Source: Pocillopora damicornis
Lineage: Eukaryota
Reading direction: 5' to 3'
Assembly: GCF_003704095.1 (NCBI RefSeq)
Contig: NW_020846063.1
Coordinates: 620,001 to 684,000, forward strand
Length of the DNA stretch: 64,000 nt
The notes beneath the pieces are model-generated. The model was not told where the DNA came from. It did no database searches and saw only the letters and a program-made list of their open reading frames with translations. Of this stretch, positions 50,140 to 64,000 are shown piece by piece. Both the position numbers and the translations under genes were made by a program. Each line of letters starts with the position of its first letter. Position 1 is the stretch's first letter.

Positions 50140-50400
50140 TTTCTTACCTTAAAAGCAGCTTCGAGTTATGTCTGGGCTCAATCGAACCACTAAATCTTCT
50201 CGAATGCTTCGTTCGCCTAAGAAAGCCTTAGAAGGATAAACTTGACAGCTCCTTTAAGTCGACGCTGAGCCCGCAAGGAAAATGCCTTTGTAAATAACAA
50301 TAACGCACGCGTAATAACATGTGATGAATCAATATGGCGGACGGTTTGCTTTCGTTGATTGCCAATGGTAGTAACGCCTTATTTCTAGGTAATGTCACAA
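50140..50400. promoter_or_regulatory. Probable bidirectional promoter between AIFM2 (-) and EMSY (+)
   Basis: Locally CpG-richer. Candidate minus-strand donor (cttacctt, about 50143) and plus-strand donor (ctag/gtaatg, about 50389) point outwards; YY1-like aatatggcgg at 50331. Confidence 0.5.
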
Positions 50401-51120
50401 TCTGTCACTTTACTTCTACGGTTGTTAAATGATATTGTGATTTCACGTCATTTTACCCTCATTGTGCTTCGTTGCAATGTTTCAAACGAATTCCATTCAA
50501 ATTTGATTCACCCGCGGGCCAGAAACCAGCCATCGAAGATGTGGAGTGAAGTTTAATAACCTGTAACTTGGAGCTCTTATATCAGGCTCAGAATTTAACC
50601 CTTCATTGTTTGACTCTTCCAAGTAGAATTATTGATAACAGAAACACTAGAAATTTCGAGAATTTTGGCTTTAAAGGTCTTAAAAAGTTGAGTTTTGTTT
50701 TTGCGAAAACCTTCTCCAAAGTCGAAGAAGACAGCTGATCTTCATTGCTTTGTTCACATTATTTGTAATACCGAGGGGAAGTGAGCAACACGCGGATGAG
50801 TGCAATTATCGATGCTTCAAATTTTTATATTTGCACGTGCTGTTGGTATTAGAATTAAACTTGGAATGATACTGATTTTTCTACTCAAACGTTATTTAAG
50901 ATAGCGTAATTTCTGAACTTTTGTGATCAGCTGTAGACTGGAGAAAGGTTTTCTTCTGTGCTACTTTCGTATCTTTAGAAGATCAAGAGTTCTTTTGATT
51001 TTGCTTGGACTTTATTTGATTGAAAACATTATTTTTAAAAGGGGTCAGGAGATTTTAGATTTATATTTCTCTTGGTCAAATTTCATGCTTGATAGGGATG
51101 GTCAAGATTTTGTAAAGGAA

Positions 51121-54100
51121 ATGTGTGCAGAAATGATGGATGTTAGTCGAGATGAAGCCAAGCGGATTCTCAGGAGGCTTGGTAAGCTGAATTTGTATTT
51201 TTGGATTTTACTTTATATCTTTCCTGCACATTTGTATGATGCTTGACAAGTCAGACTATACTGAAATGACTTGAATACTTATTTTCAGAGCTAGAGGCAT
51301 ATTCATCCATCATCAGTGCTTTCAGGGCCCAGGGAGAGTTAAGTCGGTGAGTGTGGAAGTTATGTTTTAGCAATAAATAGTTGTAATGTCAAGAATTGTG
51401 GAGTCAAGATTCAGAGATCTTTTTGGGAAAATGCTGAAACTGTGAAGCCACTAGGTCATAAACCTTTTAGATTTGAATTAAATCAATCATACACTATGTC
51501 TGCCATGCATTTCTAATTTTTTAAGCTTTGAGAATTTGGTGTGAGTTAAACAATGGCTCCTTTTTTATCATTTGGGTCTCTTCTTCTGACAATTTTGCTT
51601 AGTAATGTAATGGTATTGTTAGGAGAGATTTCTGATTGATATCATTGAGAGTGAAAGAGTTTGACTGCTATGAATAACTTACCTTGAACAATAGAGTAGC
51701 CTTTCATTCATTCCATCCTTAATTTCAATATACCAAATTACCTTAAAATAAGCTGTTATTTTTTTTAACGTCTTGTAAATAAAGTCTACACCTTTGCCTT
51801 TTTCTCCATATTGAAATCCATCATTGACTGAATATTAACAGGGCTAAAAAGAAGATCTTGCAAGATCTTGGAACTCAGCTGAGGTAATGGTTTGAAAAGC
51901 TATATTGCAATTTTCTCTACATTTCTTACATATAGTTAACCACTGCAAAGTTAATTGTATTGTTTAAAACTTATGTGAAGATCTTTTTTTTTTTCCGACA
52001 GTATTTCAACCGAGCGTCACAGGGCTGAAGTCCGAAGAGCCTACAGTGATGATAGACTTGGCATTGTGGCTGAGAGGTACAGAAATAATTAAGCACATTG
52101 TATCAAAATAAGTAATTCTGTCATGAGTTGCTATCCTCACAGGTAGGACAAATAGGCAGATAGTTCACAAAAATAAGTTTTTTTAGGGCAAGACACTCGA
52201 CTCTTTCAGTGAATCTCTTCACCCTGGAGTATAAAGGGATGTTGGTAAACTGTTAGCCAAACCTGACAAATTGCAGACAGTATTCTGCGATGGACAACAT
52301 CTTGTTGAAGAGGAGAAACAAAACTCTTAATCACTCATGGCCAAATTCTAGCAGTAACAGACTATTAGTCTGTCATCCTTATTGTTGTCTGATCTGTTAC
52401 AGAATCAAGTTCCTTTGACAATTTTTAATAGATGTCCAACACCTACTGTTTTACCCACAATCTAGACACTTTTCTCTCTTATACTGTTCTAGTATTTATG
52501 GTGCAGGCAGCTGTGCAGAATGGGCAGCAGAGGGGAGAAGGCTTGTACCACTCATGCCACGCCTTGTTCCACAAACAGTGTTCAGCTCCTCAGCAACTGC
52601 TGCTGCAAATTCTGCAGCTGCAGCAAATGCTAAACTTCCTGTTTCATCAGGTAATGTAGGGGGTTAATCCACTCTGATTTTAAACCAAGCACAGTCTACT
52701 AAAGTCATCCAAAACAAAGTTTTTAAGAGAAACCCAAACAATAAGAATTTTGATTTATTTTGTCATTCGCAGAATATTGTTGATTTCTATCTAAAAGTGT
52801 GATCACTGTCATGGCTTTAGCCTGGTCAGTTACAATCAATGACAAAATTGTGAAAACATTGCCATCTGGAACCAATAATCTCAAATGAAAAAGGAAACTG
52901 ATTCTATTATCAATTACTCTATGTCCTCCTCTTCTGATCACTGTTGTTCGTAAATTATTTCTTGCTACTTTACTCAGGGCAGAGAGCTTAAATTCAGATT
53001 TATTCAGTTGTAAATACAATCTTTGCACATATATTGGGTATCAAATAACTTTTATTGCCATATCAGGTTCAGATTCCAATGACCTGCTTTACTAAATTCA
53101 TTGAGTTGGATGGTTTTCATTTTTCTGTTTTAGCTAATAAAGCTGGTAGTAGTTCAAGTGCATCTGTTAACACATCATCTTCACTGACAAGCCAGCAAAA
53201 TAGTAAGACCACGGCAGCCGTAAAACAACCTCAGACAGGTATCCAAGATCTGCTGTACAATTCCTATCCAAGATCTGATTGTTAATTTTTGCCTTAAGCT
53301 GATACATATTTCCTTGCAAATTATTTACCAGAATTTGGTGTTACTCATCAATATAACAACTTCTACCTGATTAATTTGAGTATTCTCATTACCTGTTTAC
53401 TAAATAAGGTATGTATATTATTGGGAGAAGTTGCATGTTCATCACTTCCAGGAGTTTAAGGGTTAAGAGATTTGGGAGATATATTAGGATATATACTCTA
53501 GCTGGTAGGTACATCTATAGCTGTTCCCATGACCTGTTTGCCAGATGATGTCATGATATTCTGATACATGCCCAGATTCTAATCACCTCTGGAAGTATTG
53601 TTGGTGGATGTAGAGATGCCAACTGATTGTTTTTCAAATTAATTGTATTTATTTCATTCCATAGGTGGAACTTCATGGATGTGGAGGAGGCCACTAGACT
53701 GTTTTTAAAATTAATCATTTTATTTTGTTCTATAGGTGGAACTCCATCAAATGATGCTGATGCTTATGATGATGATGATGGAAAGCCAAAGAGAAAAAGA
53801 CGTTTAAGCGTGACGAGCCTCAACAAGCCAGTTACAAAAGTGACCATCCCCACCCCCTCCCTGGTGTCAAAAGCTTTCACCAAACAGACCACATCAGTGA
53901 GCACTATGACTAAGTCTGGTAAATCTCTTGGTCCAGCAGGGACAATCAAAGCTGTCCCACGTACCACAAATCTTCCTGCATCAGCAGCACAAGTAAAACT
54001 ACTCACCAAGACGGTGGCAGTGTCCCAAACCAAGACAATCCTGAGCTATAAGGCAATGACATCGACAACATCATCACCTGCAAAAGTCCAAACAGCTGTG

Positions 54101-57100
54101 ACACAGTCGTCACCAAAGACTCAAACAAAAACTGCATCTGGAGTGCCCCCCAAGACAGTGCTTACTTCAAAAGCTCCATTGTCCACTGCAGTGAAGAATG
54201 TCTCGACAGGAGCTTCAAGTCCAGTAGCCACTGCGAGTCCTGCTGGACTGACACTCAAAACTGGTTTGACAGCAGCTCAGTTAGCGGCAAGACACAAAGT
54301 GAAACCTGCAGCTGCCAGATTCAAACCTCTTCCAGGAACTGTGAAGTTCAAGTCAGTCACACCAGCTACTATGGGAACCTGTTCCACTGTTACTATGGTA
54401 ACACCCAGTCCTAGTTCTCAAGCCTCCTCTACCTTACCTGTGTCAAACACACAGCCAGTTGTCCGTGTCATTCATGTTCCAGGAACTGGAGGTGTTGGTG
54501 GGAGTAAACCTGTTGTTGTCATGACAACAGGTCTCAGTAAAACAACTGTCGCTGGTGTGGTTCCTGGAAGCAGTAGTCCTTCTAGTCTTACAAAGGCAAC
54601 TTCTCAGGTAAGTAATAAATAGTCTTATTTACAATTTTTTCTCACCGGCCCAACATTTACAATAACAAACATTTCAACAAACAAGGAAGGATCATCTTCA
54701 AAGCAGTGACAACACATGATAATAGCTGCAGCTTAATGAAAATGAGATAACTTGTGTGGTACTCACTCATACAATGTACACCTGTAAGCATCCACACAGG
54801 TAAGATTTTCCCTTCAGATCTGCTTCCTTGTCAGTCGAACATGATTTCTTTTTTCCTGTTTTGAGGTTCTACTGTATGAATTTAACCCAGATTATAATTT
54901 GAATTTATATTAAATTTACACTCTCTGATAATTTTGCTCTTTGATGGGAGAAAGTAGGGCCCTGCTGGATGGGTTGAAAGGTTGAAAGTTCTGGGTGCAA
55001 GCCTTGGCTGGGTCACAGTGTTGTGTTCTTGGGTAGGATACTTTACTCTCACTCTGGCTCTCTGGACCAAAGGTTAAATTAAATTTATACCAAGGGAACT
55101 CCCAGGAGACCTCACAAAATGCTGGGTGTATAACTTGGAATGGAAGGGTATTTCATACAAGTGGAATATTAGTACTCTTAGTGGTTTCACCTCATGGAAA
55201 ATGGCTATAGCAGCCATGTTAGTCTAACCAATATGGGATATAATGTACGTTTTTTTATGTATGCTGTATTAATAGGTGGTAACTCAAAGCACCTCAGTGA
55301 ACAAAGCAGTAGTCACAACTGCTGGCACAGTCACATCCCAAGCTCCATCAAAAACTCAAGTGTCTAGTGCTGTTACTCAGTCAGTTTCGTCAGCATCCAA
55401 AACAGTTGTTATGACAACCTTAGTAGGTGGTGCAAAGAGAGTGGTTCTGTCTGTGCCAGCCCCTTTACAACCTGGTTCCAATATCGTTCCATCCACATCC
55501 TCTCAGGGGCTAGTGATAACCAAGACACAAGGTAAGTATAATTGTTTTAGTCACTCAGCTGTGCCCCCTCCACAGGGATTGTTTCAGCCTTCTTAGCCAA
55601 AGCATTGAATCATGTAGCCTTCTGTAATAGATATATGTAATTAATGGTTGGTAAGTGTGGTTTTTTCTGTTATTCATTGCCTTCTCTGATATTTTATTAG
55701 GGATCCCTCTGACTTCCTCATCAGCCTCTCACTCTCAACCTGTTTCCAAGAAAGATGCCAAAACATCACCAGCATTAGCCACTGTCTGTCCTAAATCATC
55801 TCCAACACAGATCGCACCCAGTCTGACAACTGCAACTGTCACTACACAGGTGAGATCAAGACCCCTCCCTACTATTCTTCCTGCTCCTCCAAAACCATCA
55901 ACTGTGGCTCCAACTGCTGTTTCCAATTCGGGCAACATTAGGAAGCTTCCAACTATCTTACCAGCGCCAGTTAAGAATGTTCCAGCTGTTATTCCAACTG
56001 TTCTGGTTCCTGTGGCTACTGGAGTAACTGCTCACACTGCATCACAGCTGCAGTCTTCAGTGCCAATAGCTGTAAATACAGCTGTCTCTCAGGGTGTAGC
56101 AGCTTCAGTTTTGCCTCCTGACAAAGAAGGGGAGCAGCCCTCCCCTGGAGTACCAGAAAGACAAGATTGTGGTCTTGATTCTACAGATCAGAGTAATGCA
56201 ACCATTGAATCGCAATGTTCAGACATAATGGAAAACTCTAAGACACACGTTGCAGTGAGCTCTAAATTGGCAGTGACAAATGAAAAAAACGTTGTGACTG
56301 AATGTGATAACAATACGTCATCAGAGGATGATTCTCTTCTAATTTGTTCTGAAACAATTGACAATGCAGGCTGCAACATACCTGAGGTACCATCAGCTGC
56401 GGAGTTTTTCAAAAATATTGCTGAAAGCAAACCTGTTAAAAATCCAGCAGATAATGGTGCTGAGGAAATGCCACAAACTGTGGAAGACTGCCAAGAAGCA
56501 GCTGTAGATCCAGTATCTTTACAAGATGGTGGAGTCTCTCTCCTGGATATAGATGGATCAAATGTGCAGAAAGTACCAACTAAAGACATAGAGACAGCAG
56601 GAAATTACGCTAAGAAATCCATGGAAAATGTTACTGTTCAAAGATTGGATGATTCTAGTGGAATATCTGATTTAGTAAAAGATTGTTTACCTGGAAATAT
56701 ATATTCAGAGTCTTCACAAGTGGATAATGAGGATGAGAATTCTTTTAAATTTGACTTGGAGTCAGACGTTCAGTCATCACTTCAAGGTGTTCAGGAAGAT
56801 GATCAAAATGTGACTGGGACATCTGCAGAGGATGGGCCTCCTGTGGAAAATGCCCTTCAAATAATTGCAAGCTTTGTGGAAAGCATGGAAGGAAGTTCAT
56901 TTGAAAAACATGAAGAAGTAAAACATACAACAACAAATGATCATCAGCTTGATGATTCATCAGGATTTTTAAGTGAATTACCATCCTCTAGTCAGGAAAC
57001 CCCCATTCTTGTTCCTAGTGCATTTACATTGGAGGAAAAAACAAAAGACGCAACTGAACCATCACCTACTGTGTCACACTCTGGAAAGATCATTGATGAA

Positions 57101-59957
57101 GGACAAAGCCTGAGTGTTTTGTCACAATCTGAAGATGATAGTTGGGATGTTTCTGACGCACCCATTGATGTTTTGTCAACATCCACAAGTAGTTCTAACA
57201 GTATCCCTGAAAGCACATTGGAGCTTACAGAGAAGGAAATGAAGGCTCTTGAGGCTTTTGGTAGTGTTAGAACCAGTGGAAGGAAGAGAAAACCTCCTTC
57301 ATCTCTTGATGTGTCACCACCAAGACAAATTAGTGGCTGGGTGCGTGGTGCTCTCAGGTTTGTTAATTTTATTGGGTGGATCTGTTGATCACATAGACTA
57401 TAAATCATCATATGTTCAAGGGAGTTCCATGATGATTTGATAATCTGCAAAGTAGGAAAAAGAAGCATGCTACAGTAATGTTTTAAAATCTCATTTGCAA
57501 TCCATCATCTGCTCCCTCAATTTTCTCTGTTAACTACTTCCTAGCTCATTTGCATTTCTTTAGCTTCTCCTTTCCTTCTGAAGACAATTTTAAAAGAAAA
57601 ATGACCCAAAATAAATGATGACAGAGCTCCCTTAAACAGTATCTTAAGTGGGGATTTCCAAAAAAAGATGGTTACTGGCAGTCTACCAGCACCTATGAGA
57701 CCTCTTACAGGTACCACCATCTATTTAGCCGGCAAGCAGGCTCTTGTATTTTGGTTTTGCTGTATGGCCCCTTTGCCAAGTACAGCTGCCTACTACACCA
57801 TTGGCAGCTGCTTATGGTAAAGGTTACTGAAACCCTTATTTGAGTAATTTATCTATTAAAATGATTTATTCTAACAACTTTTTACTCTATCATGATCTTG
57901 CGATATTGGTCAAATTTTGTCATCCAAAGTGCTTTCAGAGTCATCACTGTTTTTGAGATGGTTTTGTGCATGATGAATTAGCCATTGGTTATATTGTAGT
58001 TATTGAGTGTTTCATTAGATATTAACTGATCCTGATAAAGCTATGGTGACATTTCCTCAGCCTCCTGCAGAAAGTTGCCAGCTATCGTGGCCAAGGAAGA
58101 CGGAAAGGTGATTTCAGTGCTGCCACTTGGTTCCTCAAACCAGGTAAAGTAGACTGACAACAAGTAATAAATTAACTAGGCTAAAAAAGAGATCCCAAAT
58201 GAATCTTTTGTTCTTTGCAAAACTCACATGCAAATGATGAAGGAATGCACTTTTGGACAGGGCCAAGCTTGGATGGGTTATGGAAACTTGTGATGTAATG
58301 AATTTTTAGTTGCATCCTTCGTACAGTGAATTGTATTTGTCTTCTTAAATGTTTTTTCTCATCAACTTGCTTCTGTTCATCCTTCAGCTTTGTTAATCAT
58401 ATAATGATAAGATCTATTAATGTTTATATAATGATTGAAATTGACATGTTTTCCTATGGGATTATTATCAGCATCTGAATGCCTTTTTGTCATACATCCC
58501 TCTTATGAATCAATCTACTGTACATTGTGACTTAGCTGTGTTGTTGATGTTGTTGTTGTTGTTGTTTTTTTAGTGGACCCAGTTGATGCACCTGGCTACT
58601 ACAAAGTAATAAAAACTCCCATGGATTTTGGAACGGTTAGAGTGAAACTAGAGGTTAGTACCATTACCTACTGTCTGTTGCAAGACTTTTTTTGCATGAT
58701 TATATCTGATTGGCTCATGACAGATATTCTTTCTGTCAAAACTTCTGCTGCCATTCTGAAAGTGGTCAAATATTTGAATATAAAATGTTTATACACATTT
58801 TTTCATTAGAAGACAACAGTTTAAATAAATGTTATTATGTTTAATTTCATACTTAAGTGGTAAGTAAATGGTTTGAACCACCCCCAAACCCCCCCCCCAG
58901 GCACAAGCAATGGTCAAATGCCTGTGGGTTGTTTAGACAGGGGGAAGGATGTTGAAGCTTTGAATTGATTACTGATGGAATAATAATATATGGTTGTGTT
59001 TTTTTAGTCTGGGAAATACCAGGAGTACAGTGAATTTCATTCTGATATGCTGTTGGTGAAGTCAAACTGTTTAAAATACAACCCTCCTGGCCATCATGTC
59101 CGACAGGTCAGTTGAATTCTGTCTTATTTCAGGCAAAGGGAGGACTTTTTCAGTGATTGCATAGATTTATCTAAACTTAGGAAGGGAGTGTGAACTCAAG
59201 ATATGTTTGCAAACTGGCAACAGTTACTGTGTCGGGTTTGCAGAAATTGCAAGAATTCTCTCGACTATCGTAGTTATTCATTGATTAGAGGTCATGTAAA
59301 CATGGAAGAAACCCTCTATTCTATTAGTGTTTCTGGAATACCTCTTAAAAATATGTCTAAATCGAAATTGTTACAGCCTTGTTAACATGCTAAGTGTTGC
59401 AGTTTTTCAAACATAATGCAAAAATTTTAATTCTATTCTAAGTTACTTATAAATTCTCTTTGCAGGACTGTGAGGAAGTGTTCAGGTTTTATGAAGCAGA
59501 GTATGCAAAAATGTTAGAGAGATGGGAAAAGGTAACAGTTCTGTGAAATGTTTTATGCATATTTTTTCAATGTAGAGTAACTTTATACATGTTAATGATG
59601 AATTGTGCATATTACCAAAGGGGTTGTCTTTGGATTGGCATTCTGAATGTAGGAAACATTTTTTTTTCCTGTCATGCATTGTCAAGTTGCAGAGGTTACA
59701 ATTAACAATTCTGTGGGTATGCAGACATCTCTAGTATTCAACATACAAATTGTGCCTGTTAATTAAGAATGAAATAAAAAATTTGATATTTTCAGTAACA
59801 TAATTATATCCCTTTTTGTATTTAATTTTCAGTCCCATTTTAGTTAATCAATAAACACCATTCTGAACTGGGGAATTCATTTTATTTTCAGTGTCATGTA
59901 TCTCCTGCTAAAAAACCAAGACAAGCATCAAAGACAGAATTACCTGGCAGCATGTAA
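51121..59957 (+). CDS. EMSY: EMSY-like chromatin regulator with N-terminal ENT domain and C-terminal bromodomain, about 1225 aa
   Basis: 14 phase-consistent exons: 51121-51181, 51289-51346, 51842-51883, 52002-52076, 52493-52650, 53134-53238, 53736-54607, 55276-55531, 55701-57357, 58061-58143, 58574-58653, 59008-59106, 59466-59531, 59892-59957 (3678 nt). ENT region SRDEAKRILRRLELEAYSSIISAFRAQG...ISTERHRAEVRRA...EGRRLVPLMPRLVPQT. Bromodomain WFLKPVDPVDAPGYYKVIKTPMDFGTV...NCLKYNPP. Confidence 0.9.
52180..52330 (+). mobile_element. Degenerate SINE relic (intronic)
   Basis: gggcaagacactcgactct...ctcttcaccctggagtataaagggatgttgg resembles the central domain also seen at 54975-55130. Confidence 0.4.
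53255..53466. mobile_element. Degenerate TTAA MITE (intronic)
   Basis: caagatctgattgttaatt...agaatttggtgtt...cacttccaggagtttaagggttaa, colinear with 24426-24634. Confidence 0.65.
54975..55200 (+). mobile_element. tRNA-derived SINE relic (intronic)
   Basis: B-box-like gggtgcaagcc followed by cacagtgttgtgttcttgggtaggatactttactctcac. Confidence 0.45.
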
Positions 59958-61804
59958 AAGATGAATTGATCATTTTCCTCAAATCATCAAATGTTGTCTT
60001 AAAAAAACTCATGGAAGTTCCTGAATTGTTCATTTTACAAAGTCTAGCAGCAAATTGTTGTATATAAAATGTAATTTTATGACATACTTAACTCTGTGTA
60101 TAAAATACTTTTTATGCCTTGTCTTGTTTAAGATGTACATTTGTTGAGTTTTCTGGTGGACATGATGCATTTAAAGGTTATGTTATATGGCTGTTAACTG
60201 ATAATAAAAAAAGAGTATTCAGACAAAGGACTACCCAGTGTTGTCCACTCAGCCAGAAGTAGTAGTACTTGTCATTATGATTGTCAATAATGTGATTGAT
60301 ATCAGTGTAAGAGGGTTTCTTCTATGTTGCTTCTCCAATTGTGTTTAGTTTGCATGTCAGTGAAATGTACAGTAATGCACCTTTTTAAATACTTCAGATT
60401 GTTGGTCTGCCCAATGTTTGCCATTTGTTAAGGCAAGTAAGTCTTCTTGCTCATGACAAAATTGGAGTGGCATTGATAAACACATGTATTATGAAAAAGA
60501 GAGTAATTCATAGCCCATAACAAGTGCCTAGTGAAGGTTTTAAAGGAGGTTCTTTTAAAATTTTCTTCCAGTATCAGCAGAGATTTTTGACTGAAAATTG
60601 ATGCTACAGCATGTTATGTTACCTAGTTACACTGAGAAAGCAGGTAAAACAGTCTGCTGAGTATTTTCAGGATGTTGTTTGTGCAAATTTCTTGAAATGT
60701 GCTCACTTATTGTAAGTTTCCTAAATTTTGTACATAATTTGCTGACTTATGACTTGAGGGGTTAGATGTGGGAAATCTTATTAAATAAATACAGAATTCT
60801 GTTTTGCACTGTTTAACCAGCAATGATTTTAGCGATGATGGTATGTGTTGTTGAATACAAACCGCTTCATGCAACTCATCAGCATGTTGGTGTGTTCAAT
60901 GTAAAGGGAAACAAAAGAGCCAATGTTGAATGCTTTTCTGACATTTCATGTCTAAGCTTAGAGCATTTCCACCTTTACCACTTTTGTCCAGAGAAGACAA
61001 ATCAGGTTCAGATCACAAAAAAATTCTCTTCTGGACTCTAATTTCTAGGGGCAATTTAGGGCAGTAATAACAATTAGTGTGTATCCTTGCTTTCTGTGTC
61101 TTGAAGCTGTTAGGACATTTCCTACTCCTGGGTGGGAATTTAGGTGAGGTACTCTTTGGAATTCTCAAAAAGGGTGTGCTGCCCAGTTTTCGCATTATGA
61201 CACAATTTCAGACAAAATTGGCCACCCTCACTTGGTTCTTAAATTTTTTTTTTCAAACAGTTACTCAGTGTAAGTAATTCTAACCAAATTCAAACTTTTG
61301 GTGCTTCACATTAATCAAAGTAAAAAAATATAATGAAATAAATTCATGCAAGCTTTGGGATTGTTCACACTTTATTTCATGTCAGCCTCAGGCGTCATTG
61401 TCACACTCTGAAAAATAGTTTAGTTGTCTTTTAAAAAAAAGTTGCAAAAATTCAATTCTAAAAAGAAATTAATTCACTCATTCAAAGCTGCAGAAAGTAT
61501 TTCAGCAGGCTCTAAGGTTTTTTTTTAACAGTCATATAGAAACTACATATTTACTGTACATTAAGTGGAAAGAGTTTACTTTATTTCCTCTTACAGCACA
61601 GAAATATATTGAGGTGCAGACTTTTAAAGTCATAAGAAAAATGAAAATTGCTTTTTTGAAAAGAAAAAAACAAAAATGCAAAGGTAACACACTTCAAATT
61701 ATCACACTTGTCTGATATAAAATCTTTTGTACAATTAAAATGGTATTATAAAATGATAAATCTTAAACGTTGCACTCTCATAATTCATAAATTAATTACT
61801 GCCA

Positions 61805-62950
<1,146 letters not shown>

Positions 62951-64000
62951 CTAAAAAGAATAATTTTAGTCATTGTTATAGGTTAATAAAAAATAACAAA
63001 AATACTTGAACTGTGGCCAAGGAGATTAAAACTACTTGATAATGTGCCTCAGAAAATTGATATATATTCAAAAACAAATTTTTTTTTCAGAAATATCCCA
63101 CCTGCAAAAATATTCGTGTGTATCGACTAAATTTAGCAGTATAACATTCTAAACAAGAGATAACTGAAATGGACTCAAATTGCTGTTCTCTGTTTCATTC
63201 CAATGTCATTTCCTTTTCCCAAAATTTGATCGCCGTTCAATTCATGGATGAACTTCAGGCTTTGTTCACTTAAGTTTTTGGTCTCAGGACTCCATCTTTA
63301 GAGCCTTGGAGACGCGGGTTGAAAGCACGTCCAATTAGGTTTCCCTTTAAGGACGAAGAGCATTGTTTGTTTGTAAATTAGCATAGCTAAATAATTTCTT
63401 ACGTGCCTCGACGCGTTGAGAAAAATGTGCTAATGAGATTTCAACATTTTTGGACATTGCTTCGCTTTGTTCCATCAAAATTTCCATTTCAAAAGCAGTA
63501 AACAATATTCAATGAAGACAAAGCTGTATTCTAACGCGAGCATATTATTTCGATGACACGGGGAAGTGAGTTCATCATTTCAATTAGTAACTTGACTCTG
63601 AACAAACAGGAACAAACTGCAAAAATTTACCCGTCGTGTTTCAGCTGGCGTGAAAACATCGAAATACCTTCGCGATTTTCGACAATTCTGCGCGAAATAA
63701 AGCACTAAAGTGGTGTAATGGTACAATAATCTTAAACAGCAGGATGCCATGAAATTTCTACCAGAGAGTGGACGATTAGAGCCAACGATTCCTTTCGCAA
63801 TTTTAACTACTTTGCAACAAACATCAATTCATTGTCAATACAATACACGCTAATCGCCCGTAAAATTAGCAACTATCCGGCCATCTGCACGTATTTCTTC
63901 TACACCCCAATCTGTGCTTAAAATCGTCCAAACACAAACCTCTTTTGAATATACTATCTAATCAGACAGAGAGTTCTCTACGTCTGTTTACACAACTTTA

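Noticed and set aside
50334-50388. ATGGCG exon as the EMSY start
   Set aside because: Its phase-1 donor spliced to the 51096 acceptor hits a stop after a few codons; the Met at 51121 matches the known EMSY N-terminus.
55735-57468. Antisense ORFs over EMSY, sulfatase, TNF and PAN exons
   Set aside because: Shadow frames of real coding exons.

Overview
Intron-rich animal genomic DNA with AT-rich introns and several N gaps. The gene set and the repeat families look like those of a stony coral or other anthozoan cnidarian (inference, not tested). All gene models were assembled by hand from GT-AG boundaries, checking codon phase and total length. In order: (1) an ectodysplasin-like TNF ligand (TM, furin site, 20 Gly-X-Y triplets on micro-exons, TNF domain); (2) a divergent TNF ligand with a Cys/His-rich stalk instead of collagen; (3-4) two tandem ARSB-like arylsulfatases from a segmental duplication that also copied exon 1 of a FYVE gene, now a frameshifted pseudo-exon; (5) a double-FYVE gene with exons 1-3 on the minus strand and exons 4-5 on the plus strand, across two 100-N gaps (probably a flipped contig); (6-7) two PAN-EGF-F5/8C genes; (8) AIFM2/FSP1, head-to-head with (9) an EMSY homologue whose ENT domain is joined in frame to a C-terminal bromodomain; (10) the 3' part of a CFAP97D2-like gene. 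Mobile DNA includes Penelope-like ends carrying minimal hammerhead ribozyme motifs, TTAA and TA MITEs, and SINE relics. The most notable items are the ENT+bromodomain EMSY, the EDA-like/TNF pair, the split-strand FYVE gene and the hammerhead-type motifs.
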